The position numbers were made by a program, and so were the translations under genes. A DNA stretch of 64,000 bases from Myxococcota bacterium. GTDB taxonomy: Bacteria; Myxococcota_A; SURF-8; G963663525. Shown in pieces: positions 61,137 to 64,000 of this stretch (position 1 is the first letter of the stretch; each line of letters begins with the position of its first letter). Under the pieces are notes generated by a model that worked only from the letters and a program-made list of their open reading frames with translations, was not told where the DNA came from and did no database searches. Location: positions 128,001 to 192,000 of the forward strand of contig CAXXVK010000043.1 of the NCBI GenBank assembly GCA_963676915.2, read 5' to 3'.

Positions 61137-62345
61137 TCACGAATTGGGGTGATCGAGCACGATTTTGATCGCTCCGGTCTGCTTTTTGTTCGTAAAGGCG
61201 CGAATGGCGTCTTTGTAGCGATTCATGGGAAACCTGTGGGTGATGATATCCATGGGGTTTACGGCATCGTTGAGCAACAAATCGGCGGCGAGGTCGAACG
61301 AGGTGCGACCATCGGCCTCGGTAGCGTGACAGTTGATGCCGACGAGTTCGATTTCCTGTGCCCATACCGGGCTGTAGTCGATTTTTCCCGGTTTGAAATT
61401 GATGCCGATCAACACCACGCGACCGCCACCCTTGGTCCAGCGTAACGCATGGTGCAGGCTGTGGTCATTGCCCACGGTGTCGTATACCACGTCGAAACCA
61501 CCCAACAGGATTTCATTACGGAAGTAGCCTTTGGCATAGCTTGCCCCGGTCGTTTTGGCGATTCGGGCATAGATCGACTTCGAGTGGTCCGCTATGGCTT
61601 CTCCGCCCAGTTTGCGCACGACTTTGCGTTGGAACGGATGGCGAGCCAGAACGTGTACCTCGACCTCCGGTGCCAGTACCCGAAGTGCGGCGAGCGTCAA
61701 CAGACCCAAGGTTCCCGCACCGACCACCAAAGCTTTCTGACCTTCGTGAAGCGGTGCTTTGAGCACGCCATGCACGGCGCTGGCCAGGGGTTCGATCAGC
61801 AAGGCTTTTTCCAGCGTCAGTTCGTCGGGAATGCGAAATGCCTGGGTGTGGTGCATCACCATGATGGGTGAAAACCCCCCGCCTGGATTTTCGATGGGTA
61901 GCGGCCGTTTGCCCTGGTTTTCGCAAAGCATGTAATTGCCGCGAGCACATTGCGGGCAGGGAGGATCGAACTCCATCTGGTAGCAGCTTGGCCAGTCGAT
62001 GCGCATGGTTACGCGGTCGCCGGGGGAGATATCCTCGACGCTGCCGCCCACCTCCAGAACTTCACCCACCAACTCGTGCCCCAGGAATTTCCTGGAAATG
62101 CCCGGAACCGCAGCCGGAAAGCATTTGGGGTCCATGTCCATGAACATGAAATGCAGGTCGGTGCCGCACAGTCCGCAGGCGAGGTTTCGGACTTTCAACC
62201 AGCGGGAGTTGGGAATCTCCGGTTCGTCGATTTCGTCGTATTTCAGCGGGGATATCGGTCCCAAAGCCGCTTCTTTGTCGATCAACGAGGCGGCACGCAT
62301 GGCGATAACTTTCGACAGCCGGTTTTCGAAAAACAGGGCTTTCAT
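61137..62345 (-). CDS. Zinc-binding (MDR) alcohol dehydrogenase
   Basis: CGLCGTD, GHELVGEV, structural-Zn Cys cluster, GAGTLG. Confidence 0.92.
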   Translation of the reverse strand: MKALFFENRLSKVIAMRAASLIDKEAALGPISPLKYDEIDEPEIPNSRWLKVRNLACGLCGTDLHFMFMDMDPKCFPAAVPGISRKFLGHELVGEVLEVGGSVEDISPGDRVTMRIDWPSCYQMEFDPPCPQCARGNYMLCENQGKRPLPIENPGGGFSPIMVMHHTQAFRIPDELTLEKALLIEPLASAVHGVLKAPLHEGQKALVVGAGTLGLLTLAALRVLAPEVEVHVLARHPFQRKVVRKLGGEAIADHSKSIYARIAKTTGASYAKGYFRNEILLGGFDVVYDTVGNDHSLHHALRWTKGGGRVVLIGINFKPGKIDYSPVWAQEIELVGINCHATEADGRTSFDLAADLLLNDAVNPMDIITHRFPMNRYKDAIRAFTNKKQTGAIKIVLDHPNS

Positions 62346-63598
62346 GCCGTTTCCTTTCCCGATTCCAAGTCACTTAATACCTTTTCCAGGAGTTTCACTG
62401 CTTGCGCTATTTCACTCTCGTTCAGTTGCAACGGAGGACGTAAAACGACAGTATCTTTCGCTACTTCTCCAGTTGCCAGCAGTATTCCGTTTTCCGCCGC
62501 CCGTCGGACGAACTCGCTTGCGAGGCTTTCCTCTTTGAAACGCAGGGAAAACAGCCCGCCCGTTCCTTCGATGGAATGAATCGTTTCGACATGTTTTTTT
62601 GCAAGACGATCCAATTCTTTGCGAAGATGGTCACCCATTTCTTTCGCATGGTCCCAGGGATGTTCCCGCTCATAGATCTCAAGCGCTTTTAACGCCACAC
62701 GACAACCGATGTCCGAACCGCCGAAGGTGGAGAGGTGGATCATCGGGTGCTCGTTCATGAAACGGTTGACCTTCTGAGTGATGACCGTTGCCGCAATGGG
62801 AAACATTCCACCTCCCAACGCTTCGCCTAGTATCAGGATATCCGGTTCCAATCCGCTTTCCAGAAATGCGAATTTCTCCCCCGAACGTCCGAAACCGGTT
62901 TGTGTCTCATCCACAACAAATAGTGCTCCTGTGGATTTGCAACGCGCCTCGATTTTTGTCAGCCACTTCGGTTCGAGCCTGTGGCAGTGGTTTTCCACCT
63001 GGATCGGTTCGACGATGACGGCCGCTGTGTCGGTATCGATGGCATCGAGTAATGCTTGCAACGATTTCATCGGCTGGATATCCGTTTCGGGAATCAACGG
63101 GGAGTAGTGGTCCTTGTCGTCTCGTGTCGAGAGCGAAAGAGCGAAGCCGGTTTGCCCGTGCCAGCCACCTTCGAGGGCTAGCAATTTGCGTCGTCCTGTG
63201 ACGCCCCTGGCTACTTTGCAGGCAAACTCCAACGTTTCGCCGCGTACCACGCTGAACACCGAGCACTCCAGGCCACCGGGGAGAAAACGAGCCAAAGCTT
63301 CGGCCAAGGCGGCTTTTTCGATGGAAATCATCGGAAAATTTCCCTGGTCGGTTTCATGAACCGCCTGTTTCAGAGCCTCGGCCAATTCGGGATTTCGGCG
63401 TCCCAGGTTGTAGATTCCCGCTCCGCTGAACCAGTCGAGCACCTCGCGGCCTGTTTCGTCCCGAAACGTGTTTTCACTCCGTTCCGATTCGAAAAAGACT
63501 CGACCGGTTTGTTTCATTTTCTCAAGAATTCCGGGTCCGAATAAAGCTTCACAGGAAGATTCGAACGATTCTGTGGAAGATTTCGTGTGTTTTGCCAT
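62342..63598 (-). CDS. Class III aminotransferase homolog lacking the PLP-binding Lys
   Basis: DETQTGFGRSG, PDILILG-E-ALGGG (K to E), STFGG, LRPPL. Confidence 0.85.
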   Translation of the reverse strand: MAKHTKSSTESFESSCEALFGPGILEKMKQTGRVFFESERSENTFRDETGREVLDWFSGAGIYNLGRRNPELAEALKQAVHETDQGNFPMISIEKAALAEALARFLPGGLECSVFSVVRGETLEFACKVARGVTGRRKLLALEGGWHGQTGFALSLSTRDDKDHYSPLIPETDIQPMKSLQALLDAIDTDTAAVIVEPIQVENHCHRLEPKWLTKIEARCKSTGALFVVDETQTGFGRSGEKFAFLESGLEPDILILGEALGGGMFPIAATVITQKVNRFMNEHPMIHLSTFGGSDIGCRVALKALEIYEREHPWDHAKEMGDHLRKELDRLAKKHVETIHSIEGTGGLFSLRFKEESLASEFVRRAAENGILLATGEVAKDTVVLRPPLQLNESEIAQAVKLLEKVLSDLESGKETA

Positions 63599-63600
63599 TT

Positions 63601-64000
63601 TCAATTCCCTTTGAACGAATCGGTTAGTTTTTTTACACCGTCTTCCATGCTGCGCATGGCTCCGAAAAGTCGGGTCTGTACGGCTTCGCTGTTAAGCAAT
63701 CGGAGCAGGGCAGGGATTTTGGCCGCCGGAAGTGCAAGAGGTAACAGGGTTTTCATGTCTTTCAGCGCTCCGCTTATGGCCTCGATCAATTCCTCAAGTT
63801 CTTCTTCGCTGATCGTGATCGGAGCCATGAAACGCATGACCTGCGGTGCATTCCCGGAATAGGCGGCGAACACACCATGCTTGGCCAAAGCATCGGCCAT
63901 CATCGGCCCAAGAAATTCGTGGATGTACTCAATGCCCACCATCAGGCCGATCCCACGGATATCTTTGATGATTTTCGGATTTTGGCGCTTCATTTCCAAG
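63601..64000 (-). CDS. Class III aminotransferase, C-terminal part (runs off window edge)
   Basis: IRGIGLMVGIE, VMRFMAPITIS.EE. Confidence 0.82.
   Translation of the reverse strand, partial: LEMKRQNPKIIKDIRGIGLMVGIEYIHEFLGPMMADALAKHGVFAAYSGNAPQVMRFMAPITISEEELEELIEAISGALKDMKTLLPLALPAAKIPALLRLLNSEAVQTRLFGAMRSMEDGVKKLTDSFKGN

Noticed and set aside
1-64000. CRISPR array, cas genes, rRNA, reverse transcriptase/retron
   Set aside because: No regularly spaced identical repeats and no corresponding protein motifs seen.

Overview
Bacterial chromosomal window of moderately high GC, probably Myxococcota or a related deltaproteobacterial lineage (inferred from a MYXO-CTERM-like sorting tail and many Cys-rich, acidic-linker lipoproteins). 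Core genes are pckA (partial), purS-purQ-purL-purF, acs, mnmG, tRNA-Leu(CAA), an RND efflux operon with a divergent two-component system, and several transporters. The best candidate for an undescribed system is a translationally coupled four-gene operon (7159 to 1389, minus strand). It encodes an ECF-S-like membrane protein, an ECF-T-like/THEP1-type NTPase fusion, a lipoprotein with five two-Cys repeats, and a TonB-dependent receptor, and a ModE-like palindrome overlaps its promoter. This suggests Mo/W-regulated uptake of a cofactor or metal chelate. Other notable items: an AT-rich island with an 864-aa HExxGH protein, a small ORF and an IS200; a ~3450-aa surface-anchored M6 protease; a 2.2-kb att-flanked islet in tRNA-Leu with a collapsed integrase; a switch-like leader upstream of the MFS-acs genes; REP doublets; a frameshifted Cys-rich lipoprotein; and a class III aminotransferase lacking its PLP lysine. 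All family calls come from motifs recognised by eye; no searches were run.
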